From Eledone cirrhosa (Eukaryota): a DNA stretch of 64,000 nucleotides. The translations under genes were made by a program, and so were the position numbers. The notes below the pieces were generated by a model that made no database searches, was not told the DNA's origin, and saw only the letters and a program-made list of their open reading frames with translations. This document shows, in pieces, positions 15,001 to 29,300 of this stretch. Position 1 is the stretch's first letter. Every line of letters starts with the position of its first letter. The stretch is from assembly GCA_964016885.1 (NCBI GenBank), contig OZ024748.1:40734001-40798000 (forward strand), given 5' to 3'.

Positions 15001-18000
15001 CCTTCAGGTGCTCCTTTGTAGACTGATTGGCACCACAACAACCTTCAGGTGCTCCTTTGTAGACTGATTGGCAGCACACCTACCTTCAGGTGCTCCTTTG
15101 TAGACTGATTGGCACCACACCATCCTTCAGGTGCTCCTTTGTAGACTGATTGGCAGCACACCTACCTTCAGGTGCTCCTTTGTAGACTGATTGGTAGCAC
15201 ACCAACCTTCAGGTGCTCCTTTGTAGACTGATTGGCAGCACACCATCCTTCAGCTGCTCCTTTGTAGACTGATTGGCACCACAACAACCTTCAGGTGCTC
15301 CTTTGTAGACTGATTGGCAGCACACCCTCCTTCAGGTGCTCCTTTGTAGACTGATTGGCAGCACACCTACCTTCAGGTGCTCCTTTGTAGACTGATTGGC
15401 ACCACACCATCCTTCAGGTGCTCCTTTGTAGACTGATTGGCAGCACAACAACCTTCAGGTGCTCCTTTGTAGACTGATTGGCACCACACCATCCTTCAGG
15501 TGCTCCTTTGTAGACTGATTGGCACCACAACAACCTTCAGGTGCTCCTTTGTAGACTGATTGGCACCACACCATCCTTCAGGTGCTCCTTTGTAGACTGA
15601 TTGGCAGCACAGCAACCTTCAGGTGCTCCTTTGTAGACTGATTGGCACCACAACAACCTTCAGGTGCTCCTTTGTAGACTGATTGGCAGCACACCATCCT
15701 TCAGGTGCTCCTTTGTAGACTGATTGGCAGCACACCTACCTTCAGGTGCTCCTTTGTAGACTGATTGGCACCACACCATCCTTCAGGTGCTCCTTTGTAG
15801 ACTGATTGGCAGCACAGCAACCTTCAGGTGCTCCTTTGTAGACTGATTGGCACCACAACAACCTTCAGGTGCTCCTTTGTAGACTGATTGGCACCACAAC
15901 AACCTTCAGGTGCTCCTTTGTAGACTGATTGGCAGCACACCATCCTTCAGGTGCTCCTTTGTAGACTGATTGGCAGCACACCTACCTTCAGGTGCTCCTT
16001 TGTAGACTGATTGGCACCACAACAACCTTCAGGTGCTCCTTTGTAGACTGATTGGCAGCACACCATCCTTCAGGTGCTCCTTTGTAGACTGATTGGCAGC
16101 ACACCTACCTTCAGGTGCTCCTTTGTAGACTGATTGGCAGCACACCATCCTTCAGGTGCTCCTTTGTAGACTGATTGGCACCACACCATCCTTCAGGTGC
16201 TCCTTTGTAGACTGATTGGCAGCACACCTACCTTCAGGTGCTCCTTTGTAGACTGATTGGCAGCACACCATCCTTCAGGTGCTCCTTTGTAGACTGATTG
16301 GCACCACACCAACCTTCAGGTGCTCCTTTGTAGACTGATTGGCAGCACACCAATCTTCAGGTGCTCCTTTGTAGACTGATTGGCACCACACCATCCTTCA
16401 GGTGCTCCTTTGTAGACTGACTGGCAGCACACCATCCTTCAGGTGCTCCTTTGTAGACTGATTGGCACCACAACAACCTTCAGGTGCTCCTTTGTAGACT
16501 GATTGGCAGCACACCTACCTTCAGGTGCTCCTTTGTAGACTGATTGGCACCACACCATCCTTCAGGTGCTCCTTTGTAGACTGATTGGCAGCACAACAAC
16601 CTTCAGGTGCTCCTTTGTAGAATGATTGGCACCACACCATCCTTCAGGTGTTCCATTCTAGACTGATTGGCAGCACACCATCCTTCAGGTGCTCCTTTGT
16701 AGACTGATTGGCAGCACAACAACCTTCAGGTGCTCCTTTGTAGACTGATTGGCACCACACCATCCTTCAGGTGCTCCTTTGTAGACTGATTGGCACCACA
16801 CCATCCTTCAGGTGCTCCTTTGTAGACTGATTGGCACCACACCATCCTTCAGGTGCTCCTTTGTAGACTGATTGGCACCACACCATCCTTCAGGTGCTCC
16901 TGTGTAGACTGATTGGCAGCACACCAACCTTCAGGTGCTCCTTTGTAGACTGATTGGCACCACACCATCCTTCAGGTGCTCCTTTGTAGACTGATTGGGA
17001 GAACACCATCCTTCAGGTGCTCCTTTGTAGACTGATTGGCACCACACCATCCTTCAGGTGCTCCATTGTAGACTGATTGGCAGCACACCAACCTTCAGGT
17101 GCTCCTTTGTAGACTGATTGGCAGCACACCAACCTTCAGGTGCTCCTTTGTAGACTGATTGGCACCACACCATCCTTCAGGTGCTCCTTTGTAGACTGAT
17201 TGGCAGAACACCATCATTCAGGTGCTCCTTTGTAGACTGATTGCCAGCACACCATCCTTCAGGTGCTCCTTTGTAGACTGATTGGCAGAACACCATCCTT
17301 CAGGTGCTCCTTTGTAGACTGATTGGCAGCACACCATCCTTCAGGTGCTCCTTTGTAGACTGATTGGCAGAACACCATCCTTCAGGTGCTCCTTTGTAGA
17401 CTGATTGGCAGAACACCATCCTTCAGGTGCTCCTTTGTAGACTGATTGGCAGAACACCATCCTTCAGGTGCTCCTTTGTAGACTGATTGGCAGCACACCA
17501 TCCTTCAGGTGCTCCTTTGTAGACTGATTGGCAGCACACCATCCTTCAGGTGCTCCTTTGTAGACTGATTGGCAGCACACCATCCTTCAGGTCCTCCTTT
17601 GTAGACTGATTGGCACCACACCAACCTTCAGGTGCTCCTTTGTAGACTGATTGGCAGCACACCATCCTTCAGGTGCTCCTTTGTAGACTGATTGGCAGCA
17701 CACCATCCTTCAGGTGCTTCTTTGTAGACTGATTGGCACCACACCAACCTTCAGGTGCTCCTTTGTAGACTGATTGGCAGAACACCATCCTTCAGGTGCT
17801 CCTTTGTAGACTGATTGGCAGCACACCATCCTTCAGGTGCTCCTTTGTAGACTGATTGGCAGAACACCATCCTTCAGGTGCTCCTTTGTAGATTGATTGG
17901 CACCACACCATCCTTCAGGTGCTCCGTTGTAGACTGATTGGCAGCACACGAACCTTCAGGTGCTCCTTTGTAGACTGATTGGCACCACACCATCCTTCAG

Positions 18001-21000
18001 GTGCTCCTTTGTAGACTGATTGGCACCACACCAACCTTCAGGTGCTCCTTTGTAGACTGATTGGCAGAACACCATCCTTCAGGTGCTCCTTTGTAGACTG
18101 ATTGGCAGCACACCATCCTTCAGGTGCTCCTTTGTAGACTGATTGGCAGAACACCATCCTTCAGGTGCTCCTTTGTAGACTGATTGGCACCACACCATCC
18201 TTCAGGTGCTCCGTTGTAGACTGATTGGCAGCACACGAACCTTCAGGTGCTCCTTTGTAGACTGATTGGCACCACACCATCCTTCAGGTGCTCCTTTGTA
18301 GACTGATTGGCAGAACACCATCCTTCAGGTGCTCCTTTGTAGACTGATTGGCAGCACACCAACCTTCAGGTGCTCCTTTGTAGACTGATTGGCAGCACAC
18401 CAACCTTCAGGTGCTCCTCTGTAGACTGATTGGCAGAACATCATCCTTCAGGTGCTCCTTTGTAGACTGATTGGCACCACACCATCCTTCAGGTGCTCCT
18501 GTGTAGACTGATTGGCAGCACACCAACCTTCAGGTGCTCCTTTGTAGACTGATTGGCACCACACCATCCTTCAGGTGCTCCTTTGTAGACTGATTGGCAG
18601 AACACCATCCTTCAGGTGCTCCTTTGTAGACTGATTGGCACCACACCATCCTTCAGGTGCTCCTTTGTAGACTGATTGGCAGCACACCAACCTTCAGGTG
18701 CTCCTTTGTAGACTGATTGGCAGCACACCAACCTTCAGGTGCTCCTTTGTAGACTGATTGGCAGCACACCATCCTTCAGGTGCTCCTTTGTAGACTGATT
18801 GGCAGCACACCATCCTTCAGGTGCTCCTTTGTAGACTGATTGGCAGCACACCAACCTTCAGGTGCTCCTTTGTAGACTGATTGGCAGCACACCAACCTTC
18901 AGGTGCCCCTTTGTAGACTGATTGGCAGCACACCAACCTTCAGGTGCTCCTTTGTAGACTGATTGGCACCACACCATCCTTCAGGTGCTCCTTTGTAGAC
19001 TGATTGGCAGCACACCATCCTTCAGGTGCTCCTTTGTCGACTGATTGGCAGCACACCAACCTTCAGGTGCTCCTTTGTAGACTGATTGGCACCACACCAT
19101 CCTTCAGGTGCTCCTTTGTAGACTGATTGGCAGCACACCATCCTTCAGGTGCTCCTTTGTAGACTGATTGGCAGCACACCAACCTTCAGGTGCTCCTTTG
19201 TAGACTGATTGGCACCACACCATCCTTCAGGTGCTCCTTTGTAGACTGATTGGCAGCACACCATCCTTCAGGTGCTCCTTTGTAGACTGATTGGCACCAC
19301 ACCAACCTTCAGGTGCTCCTTTGTAGACTGATTGGCAGAACACCATCCTTCAGGTGCTCCTTTGTAGACTGATTGGCAGCACACCATCCTTCAGGTGCTC
19401 CTTTGTAGACTGATTGGCAGCACACCATCCTTCAGGTGCTCCTTTGTAGACTGATTGGCAGAACACCATCCTTCAGGTGCTCCTTTGTAGACTGATTGGC
19501 ACCACACCATCCTTCAGGTGCTCCGTTGTAGACTGATTGGCACCACAACAACCTTCAGGTGCTCCTTTGTAGACTGATTGGCACCACACCATCCTTCAGG
19601 TGCTCCGTTGTAGACTGATTGGCACGACAACAACCTTCAGGTGCTCCTTTGTAGACTGATTGGCACCACACCATCCTTCAGGTGCTCCTTTGTAGACTGA
19701 TTGGCACCACACCAACCTTCAGGTGCTCCTTTGTAGACTGATTGGCAGAACACCAACCTTCAGGTGCTCCTTTGTAGTTTGATTGGCAGCACACCATCCT
19801 TCAGGTGCTCCTTTGTAGACTGATTGGCAGCACACCATCCTTCAGGTCCTGCTTTGTAGACTGATTGGCACCACACCAACCTTCAGGTGCTCCTTTGTAG
19901 ACTGATTGGCAGCACACCATCCTTCAGGTGCTCCTTTGTAGACTGATTGGCAGCACACCATCCTTCAGGTGCTCCTTTGTAGACTGATTGGCACCACACC
20001 AACCTTCAGGTGCTCCTTTGTAGACTGATTGGCAGAACACCATCCTTCAGGTGCTCCTTTGTAGACTGATTGGCAGCACACCATCCTTCAGGTGCTCCTT
20101 TGTAGACTGATTGGCAGCACACCATCCTTCAGGTGCTCCTTTGTAGACTGATTGGCACCACACCATCCTTCAGGTGCTCCTTTGTAGACTGATTGGCAGC
20201 ACAACAACCTTCAGGTGCTCCTTTGTAGACTGATTGGCACCACACCATCCTTCAGGTGCTCCTTTGTAGACTGATTGGCACCACACCATCCTTCAGGTGC
20301 TCCGTTGTAGACTGATTGGCACCACACCATCCTTCAGGTCCTCCTTTGTAGACTGATTGGCAGCACACCATCCTTCAGGTGCTCCTTTTTAGACTGATTG
20401 GCAGCACACCAACCTTCAAGTGCTCCTTTGTAGACTGATTGGCAGCACACCATCCTTCAGGTGCTCCTTTGTAGACTGATTGGCAGAACACCATCCTTCA
20501 GGTGCTCCTTTGTAGACTGATTGGCAGCACACCATCCTTCAGGTGCTCCTTTGTAGACTGATTGGCAGCACACCATCCTTCAGGTGCTCCTTTGTAGACT
20601 GATTGGCAGAACACCATCCTTCAGGTGCTCCTTTGTAGACTGATTGGCAGCACACCATCCTTCAGGTGCTCCTTTGTAGACTGATTGGCAGCACACCATC
20701 CTTCAGGTGCTTTTTTGTAGACTGATTGGCAGCACACCATCCTTCAGGTGCTCCTTTGTAGACTGATTGGCAGAACACCATCCTTCAGGTGCTCCTTTGT
20801 AGACTGATTGGCACCACACCAACCTTCAGGTGCTCCTTTGTAGACTGATTGGCAGAACACCATCTTTCAGGTGCTCCTTTGTAGACTGATTGGCAGCACA
20901 CCATCCTTCAGGTGCTCCTTTGTAGACTGATTGGCACCACACCATCCTTCAGGTGCTCCTTTGTAGACTGATTGGCACCACACCATCCTTCAGGTCCTCC

Positions 21001-24000
21001 TTTGTAGACTGATTGGCAGCACACCAACCTTCAGGTGCTCCTTTGTAGACTGATTGGCACCACACCATCCTTCAGGTGCTCCTTTGTAGACTGATTGGCA
21101 GCACACCATCCTTCAGGTGCTCCTTTGTAGACTGATTGGCAGAACACCATCCTTCAGGTGCTCCTTTGTAGACTGATTGGCAGCACACCTACCTTCAGGT
21201 GCTCCTTTGTAGACTGATTGACAGCGCACCAACCTTCAGGTGCTCCTTTGTAGACTGATTGGCAGCGCACCAACCTTCAGGTGCTCCTTTGTAGACTGAT
21301 TGGCAGCGCAGCAACCTTCAGGTGCTCCTTTGTAGACTGATTGTCAGCACACCAACCTTCAGGTGCTCCTTTGTAGACTGATTGGCAGCACACCAACCTT
21401 CAGGTGCTCCTTTGTAGACTGATTGGCAGCACACCAACCTTCAGGTGCTCCTTTGTAGACTGATTGGCAGCACACCATCCTTCAGGTGCTCCTTTGTAGA
21501 CTGATTGGCAGCACACCATCCTTCAGGTGCTACTTTGTAGACTGATTGGCACCACACCATCCTTCAGGTGCTCCTTTGTAGACTGATTGGCAGCACACCA
21601 TCCTTCAGCTGCTCCTTTGTAGACTGATTGGCAGCACACCATCCTTCAGGTGCTCCTTTGTAGACTGATTGGCAGCACACCTACCTTCAGGTGCTCCTTT
21701 GTAGACTGATTGGCAGAACACCATCCTTCAGGTGCTCCTTTGTAGACTGATTGGCAGAACACCATCCTTCAGGTGCTCCTTTGTAGACTGATTGGCACCA
21801 CACCATCCTTCAGGTGCTCCTTTGTAGACTGATTGGCAGCACACCATCCTTCAGGTGCTCCTTTGTAGACTGATTGGCACCACACCATCCTTCAGGTGCT
21901 CCTTTGTAGACTGATTGGCAGCACACCAACCTTCAGGTGCTCCTTTGTAGACTGACTGGCAGCACACCAACCTTCAGGTGCTCCTTTGTAGACTGATTGG
22001 CACCACACAATCCTTCAGGTGCTCCTTTGTAGACTGATTGGCACCACACCATCCTTCAGGTGCTCCTTTGTACACTGATTTGCACCACACCATCCTTCAG
22101 GTGGTCCTTTGTAGACTGATTGGCACCACACCATCCTTCAGGTGCTCCTTTGTACACTGATTTGCACCACACCATCCTTCAAGTGCTCCTTTGTAGACTG
22201 ATTGGCACCACACCAACCTTCAGGTGCTCCTTTGTAGACTGATTGGCACCACACCATCCTTCAGGTGCTCCTTTGTAGACTGATTGGCACCACACCATCC
22301 TTCAGGTGCTCCTTTGTAGACTGATTGGCAGCACACCATCCTTCAGGTGCTCCTTTGTAGACTGATTGGAAGAACACCATCCTTCAGGTGCTCCTTTGTA
22401 GACTGATTGGCAGCACACCAACCTTCAGGTGCTCCTTTGTAGACTTATTGGCACCACACCATCCTTCAGGTGCTCCTTTGTAGACTGATTGGCACCACAC
22501 CAACCTTCAGGTGCTCCTTTGTAGACTGATTGGCAGCACACCAACCTTCAGGTGCTCCTTTGTAGACTGATTGGCACCACACCATCCTTCAGGTGCTCCT
22601 TTGTAGACTGATTGGAAGAACACCATCCTTCAGGTGCTCCTTTGTAGACTGATTGGCAGCACACCATCCTTCAGGTGCTCCTTTGTAGACTGATTGTCAG
22701 CACACCAACCTTCAGGTGCTCCTTTGTAGACTGATTGGCAGCACACCATCCTTCAGGTGCTCCTTTGTAGACTGATTGGCACCACACCATCCTTCAGGTG
22801 CTCTTTTGTAGACTGATTGGCACCACACCATCCTTCAGGTGCTCTTTTGTAGACTGATTGGCACCACACCATCCTTCAGGTGCTCCTTTGTAGACTGATT
22901 GGCACCACACCATCCTTCAGGTGCTCTTTTGTAGACTGATTGGCACCACACCATCCTTCAGGTGCTCCTTTGTAGACTGATTGGCACCACACCATCCTTC
23001 AGGTGCTCTTTTGTAGACTGATTGGCACCACAACAACCTTCAGGTGCTCCTTTGTAGACTGATTGGCAGCACTCCAACCTTCAGGTGCTCCTTTGTAGAC
23101 TGATTGGCAGCACACGATCCTTCAGGTGCTCCTTTGTAGACTGATTGGCAGCACACCATCCTTCAGGTGCTCCTTTGTAGACTGATTGGCACCACACCAT
23201 CCTTCAGGTGCTCCTTTGTAGACTGATTGGCAGCACACCAACATTCAGGTGCTCCTTTGTAGACTGATTGGCACCACACCGTCCTTCAGGTGCTCCTTTG
23301 TAGACTGATTGGCAGCACACCAACCTTCAGGTGCCCCTTTGTAGACTGATTGGCAGCACACCATCCTTCAGGTGCTCCTTTGTAGACTGATTGGCAGCAC
23401 ACCATCCTTCAGGTGCTCCTTTGTAGACTGATTGGCACCACACCATCCTTCAGGTGCTCCTTTGTAGACTGATTGGCAGCACACCATCCTTCAGGTGCTC
23501 CTTTGTAGACTGATTGGCACCACACCATCCTTCAGGTGCTCCTTTGTAGACTGATTGGCACCACACCATCCTTCAGGTGCTCCTTTGTAGACTGATTGGC
23601 AGCACACCATCCTTCAGGTGCTCCTTTGTAGACTGATTGGCACCACACCATCCTTCAGGTGCTCCTTTGTAGACTGATTGGCAGCACACCAACCTTCAGG
23701 TGCTCCTTTGTAGACTGATTGGCAGCACACCATCCTTCAGGTGCTCCTTTGTAGACTGATTGGCAGCACACCATCCTTCAGGTGCTCCTTTGTAGACTGA
23801 TTGGTTCCACACCATCCTTCAGGTGCTCCTTTGTAGACTGATTGGCAGCACACCAACCTTCAGGTGCTCCTTTGTACACTGATTGGCAGCACACCAACCT
23901 TCAGGTGCTCCTTTGTAGACTGATTGGCAGCACACCAACCTTCAGGTGCCCCTTTGTAGACTGATTGGCAGCACACCAACCTTCAGGTGCTCCTTTGTAG

Positions 24001-26339
24001 ACTGATTGGCACCACACCATCCTTCAGGTGCTCCTTTGTAGACTGATTGGCAGCACACCATCCTTCAGGTGCTCCTTTGTAGACTGATTGGCAGCACACT
24101 ATCCTTCAGGTGCTCCTTTGTAGACTGATTGGCAGCACACCTACCTTCAGGTGCTCCTTTGTAGACTGATTGGCAGAACACCATCCTTCAGGTGCTCCTT
24201 TGTAGACTGATTGGCAGAACACCTACCTTCAGGTGCTCCTTTGTAGACTGATTGGCACCACACCATCCTTCAGGTGCTCCTTTGTAGACTGATTGGCAGC
24301 ACACCATCCTTCAGGTGCTCCTTTGTAGACTGATTGGCACCACACCATCCTTCAGGTGCTCCTTTGTAGACTGATTGGCACCACACCATCCTTCAGGTGC
24401 TCCTTTGTAGACTGATTGGCACCACACCATCCTTCAGGTGCTCCTTTGTACACTGATTTGCACCACACCATCCTTCAGGTGCTCCTTTGTAGACTGATTG
24501 GCACCACACCATCCTTCAGGTGCTCCTTTGTAGACTGATTGGCAGCACACCATCCTTCAGGTGCTCCTTTGTAGACTGATTGGCAGCACACTATCATTCA
24601 GGTGCTCCTTTGTAGACTGATTGGCAGCACACCTACCTTCAGGTGCTCCTTTGTAGACTGATTGGCAGAACACCATCCTTCAGGTGCTCCTTTGTAGACT
24701 GATTGGCAGAACACCTACCTTCAGGTGCTCCTTTGTAGACTGATTGGCACCACACCATCCTTCAGGTGCTCCTTTGTAGACTGATTGGCAGCACACCATC
24801 CTTCAGGTGCTCCTTTGTAGACTGATTGGCACCACACCATCCTTCAGGTGCTCCTTTGTAGACTGATTGGCACCACACCATCCTTCAGGTGCTCCTTTGT
24901 AGACTGATTGGCACCACACCATCCTTCAGGTGCTCCTTTGTACACTGATTTGCACCACACCATCCTTCAGGTGCTCCTTTGTAGACTGATTGGCACCACA
25001 CCATCCTTCAGGTGCTCCTTTGTAGACTGATTGGCAGCACACCATCCTTCAGGTGATCCTTTGTAGACTGATTGGCACCACACCATCCTTCAGGTGCTCC
25101 TTTGTAGACTGATTGGCACCACACCATCCTTCAGGTGCTCCTTTGTAGACTGATTGGCACCACACCATCCTTCAGGTGCTCCTTTGTAGACTGATTGGCA
25201 CCACACCAACCTTCAGGTGCTCCTTTGTAGACTGATTGGCAGAACACCATCCTTCAGGTGCTCCTTTGTAGACTGATTGGCAGCACACCATCCTTCAGGT
25301 GCTCCTTTGTAGACTGATTGGCAGAACACCATCCTTCAGGTGCTCCTTTGTAGACTGATTGGCACCACACCATCCTTCAGGTGCTCCGTTGTAGACTGAT
25401 TGGCAGCACACGAACCTTCAGGTGCTCCTTTGTAGACTGATTGGCACCACACCATCCTTCAGGTGCTCCTTTGTAGACTGATTGGCACCACACCAACCTT
25501 CAGGTGCTCCTTTGTAGACTGATTGGCAGAACACCATCCTTCAGGTGCTCCTTTGTAGACTGATTGGCAGCACACCATCCTTCAGGTGCTCCTTTGTAGA
25601 CTGATTGGCAGAACACCATCCTTCAGGTGCTCCTTTGTAGACTGATTGGCACCACACCATCCTTCAGGTGCTCCGTTGTAGACTGATTGGCAGCACACGA
25701 ACCTTCAGGTGCTCCTTTGTAGACTGATTGGCACCACACCATCCTTCAGGTGCTCCTTTGTAGACTGATTGGCAGAACACCATCCTTCAGGTGCTCCTTT
25801 GTAGACTGATTGGCAGCACACCAACCTTCAGGTGCTCCTTTGTAGACTGATTGGCAGCACACCAACCTTCAGGTGCTCCTTTGTAGACTGATTGGCAGAA
25901 CACCATCCTTCAGGTGCTCCTTTGTAGACTGATTGGCACCACACCATCCTTCAGGTGCTCCTGTGTAGACTGATTGGCAGCACACCAACCTTCAGGTGCT
26001 CCTTTGTAGACTGATTGGCACCACACCATCCTTCAGGTGCTCCTTTGTAGACTGATTGGCAGAACACCATCCTTCAGGTGCTCCTTTGTAGACTGATTGG
26101 CACCACACCATCCTTCAGGTGCTCCTTTGTAGACTGATTGGCAGCACACCAACCTTCAGGTGCTCCTTTGTAGACTGATTGGCAGCACACCAACCTTCAG
26201 GTGCTCCTTTGTAGACTGATTGGCAGCACACCATCCTTCAGGTGCTCCTTTGTAGACTGATTGGCAGCACACCATCCTTCAGGTGCTCCTTTGTAGACTG
26301 ATTGGCAGCACACCAACCTTCAGGTGCTCCTTTGTAGAC

Positions 26340-29300
26340 TGATTGGCAGCACACCAACCTTCAGGTGCCCCTTTGTAGACTGATTGGCAGCACACCAACC
26401 TTCAGGTGCTCCTTTGTAGACTGATTGGCACCACACCATCCTTCAGGTGCTCCTTTGTAGACTGATTGGCAGCACACCATCCTTCAGGTGCTCCTTTGTA
26501 GACTGATTGGCAGCACACCATCCTTCAGGTGCTCCTTTGTAGACTGATTGGCACCACACCAACCTTCAGGTGCTCCTTTGTAGACTGATTGGCAGAACAC
26601 CATCCTTCAGGTGCTCCTTTGTAGACTGATTGGCAGCACACCATCCTTCAGGTGCTCCTTTGTAGACTGATTGGCAGCACACCATCCTTCAGGTGCTCCT
26701 TTGTAGACTGATTGGCAGAACACCATCCTTCAGGTGCTCCTTTGTAGACTGATTGGCACCACACCATCCTTCAGGTGCTCCGTTGTAGACTGATTGGCAC
26801 CACAACAACCTTCAGGTGCTCCTTTGCAGACTGATTGGCACCACACCATCCTTCAGGTGCTCCGTTGTAGACTGATTGGCACCACAACAACCTTCAGGTG
26901 CTCCTTTGTAGACTGATTGGCACCACACCATCCTTCAGGTGCTCCTTTGTAGACTGATTGGCACCACACCAACCTTCAGGTGCTCCTTTGTAGACTGATT
27001 GGCAGAACACCAACCTTCAGGTGCTCCTTTGTAGTTTGATTGGCAGCACACCATCCTTCAGGTGCTCCTTTGTAGACTGATTGGCAGCACACCATCCTTC
27101 AGGTCCTGCTTTGTAGACTGATTGGCACCACACCAACCTTCAGGTGCTCCTTTGTAGACTGATTGGCAGCACACCATCCTTCAGGTGCTCCTTTGTAGAC
27201 TGATTGGCACCACACCAACCTTCAGGTGCTCCTTTGTAGACTGATTGGCAGAACACCATCCTTCAGGTGCTCCTTTGTAGACTGATTGGCAGCACACCAT
27301 CCTTCAGGTGCTCCTTTGTAGACTGATTGGCAGCACACCATCCTTCAGGTGCTCCTTTGTAGACTGATTGGCACCACACCATCCTTCAGGTGCTCCTTTG
27401 TAGACTGATTGGCAGCACAACAACCTTCAGGTGCTCCTTTGTAGACTGATTGGCACCACACCATCCTTCAGGTGCTCCTTTGTAGACTGATTGGCACCAC
27501 ACCAACCTTCAGGTGCTCCGTTGTAGACTGATTGGCACCACACCATCCTTCAGGTCCTCCTTTGTAGACTGATTGGCAGCACACCATCCTTCAGGTGCTC
27601 CTTTGTAGACTGATTGGCAGCACACCAACCTTCAAGTGCTCCTTTGTAGACTGATTGGCAGCACACCATCCTTCAGGTGCTCCTTTGTAGACTGATTGGC
27701 AGAACATCATCCTTCAGGTGCTCCTTTGTAGACTGATTGGCAGCACACCATCCTTCAGGTGCTCCTTTGTAGACTGATTGGCAGCACACCATCCTTCAGG
27801 TGCTCCTTTGTAGACTGATTGGCAGAACACCATCCTTCAGGTGCTCCTTTGTAGACTGATTGGCAGCACACCATCCTTCAGGTGCTCCTTTGTAGACTGA
27901 TTGGCAGCACACCATCCTTCAGGTGCTCCTTTGTAGACTGATTGGCAGAACACCATCCTTCAGGTGCTCCTTTGTAGACTGATTGGCACCACACCAACCT
28001 TCAGGTGCTCCTTTGTAGACTGATTGGCAGAACACCATCTTTCAGGTGCTCCTTTGTAGACTGATTGGCAGCACACCATCCTTCAGGTGCTCCTTTGTAG
28101 ACTGATTGGCACCACACCATCCTTCAGGTGCTCCTTTGTAGACTGATTGGCACCACACCATCCTTCAGGTCCTCCTTTGTAGACTGATTGGCAGCACACC
28201 AACCTTCAGGTGCTCCTTTGTAGACTGATTGGCACCACACCATCCTTCAGGTGCTCCTTTGTAGACTGATTGGCAGCACACCATCCTTCAGGTGCTCCTT
28301 TGTAGACTGATTGGCAGAACACCTACCTTCAGGTGCTCCTTTGTAGACTGATTGGCAGCATACCAACCTTCAGGTGCTCCTTTGTAGACTGATTGGCAGC
28401 ACACCATCCTTCAGGTGCTCCTTTGTAGACTGATTGGCAGCACACCAACCTTCAGGTGTTCCTTTGTAGACTGATTGGCAGCACACCATCCTTCAGGTGC
28501 TCCTTTGTAGACTGATTGGCAGCACACCAACCTTCAGGTGCTCCTTTGTAGACTGATTGGCAGCACACCAACCTTCAGGTGTTCCTTTGTAGACTGATTG
28601 GCAGCACACCAACCTTCAGGTGCTCCTTTGTAGACTGATTGGCAGCACACCAACCTTCAGGTGCTCCTTTGTAGACTGATTGGCAGCACACCAACCTTCA
28701 GGTGCTCCTTTGTAGACTGATTGGCAGCACACCAACCTTCAGGTGTTCCTTTGTAGACTGATTGGCAGCACACCAACCTTTAGGTGCTCCTTTGTAGACT
28801 GATTGGCAGCACACCAACCTTCAGGTGCTCCTTTGTAGACTGATTGGCAGCACACCAACCTTCAGGTGCTCCTTTGTAGACTGATTGGCACCACAACAAC
28901 CTTCAGGTGTTCCTTTGTAGACTGATTGGCAGCACACCAACCTTCAGGTGTTCCTTTGTAGACTGATTGGCAGCACACCATCCTTCAGGTGCTCCTTTGT
29001 AGACTGATTGGCAGCACACCAACCTTCAGGTGCTCCTTTGTAGACTGATTGGCACCACACCATCCTTCAGGTGCTCCTTTCTAGACTGATTGGCACCACA
29101 CCATCCTTCAGGTGCTCCTTTGTAGACTTATTGGCAGCACACCATCATTCAGGTGCTCCTTTGTAGACTGATTGGCACCACAACAACCTTCAGGTGCTCC
29201 TTTGTAGACTGATTGGCAGCACACCATCCTTCAGGTGCTCCTTTGTAGACTGATTGGCACCATAACAACCTTCAGGTGCTCCTTTGTAGACTGATTGGCA

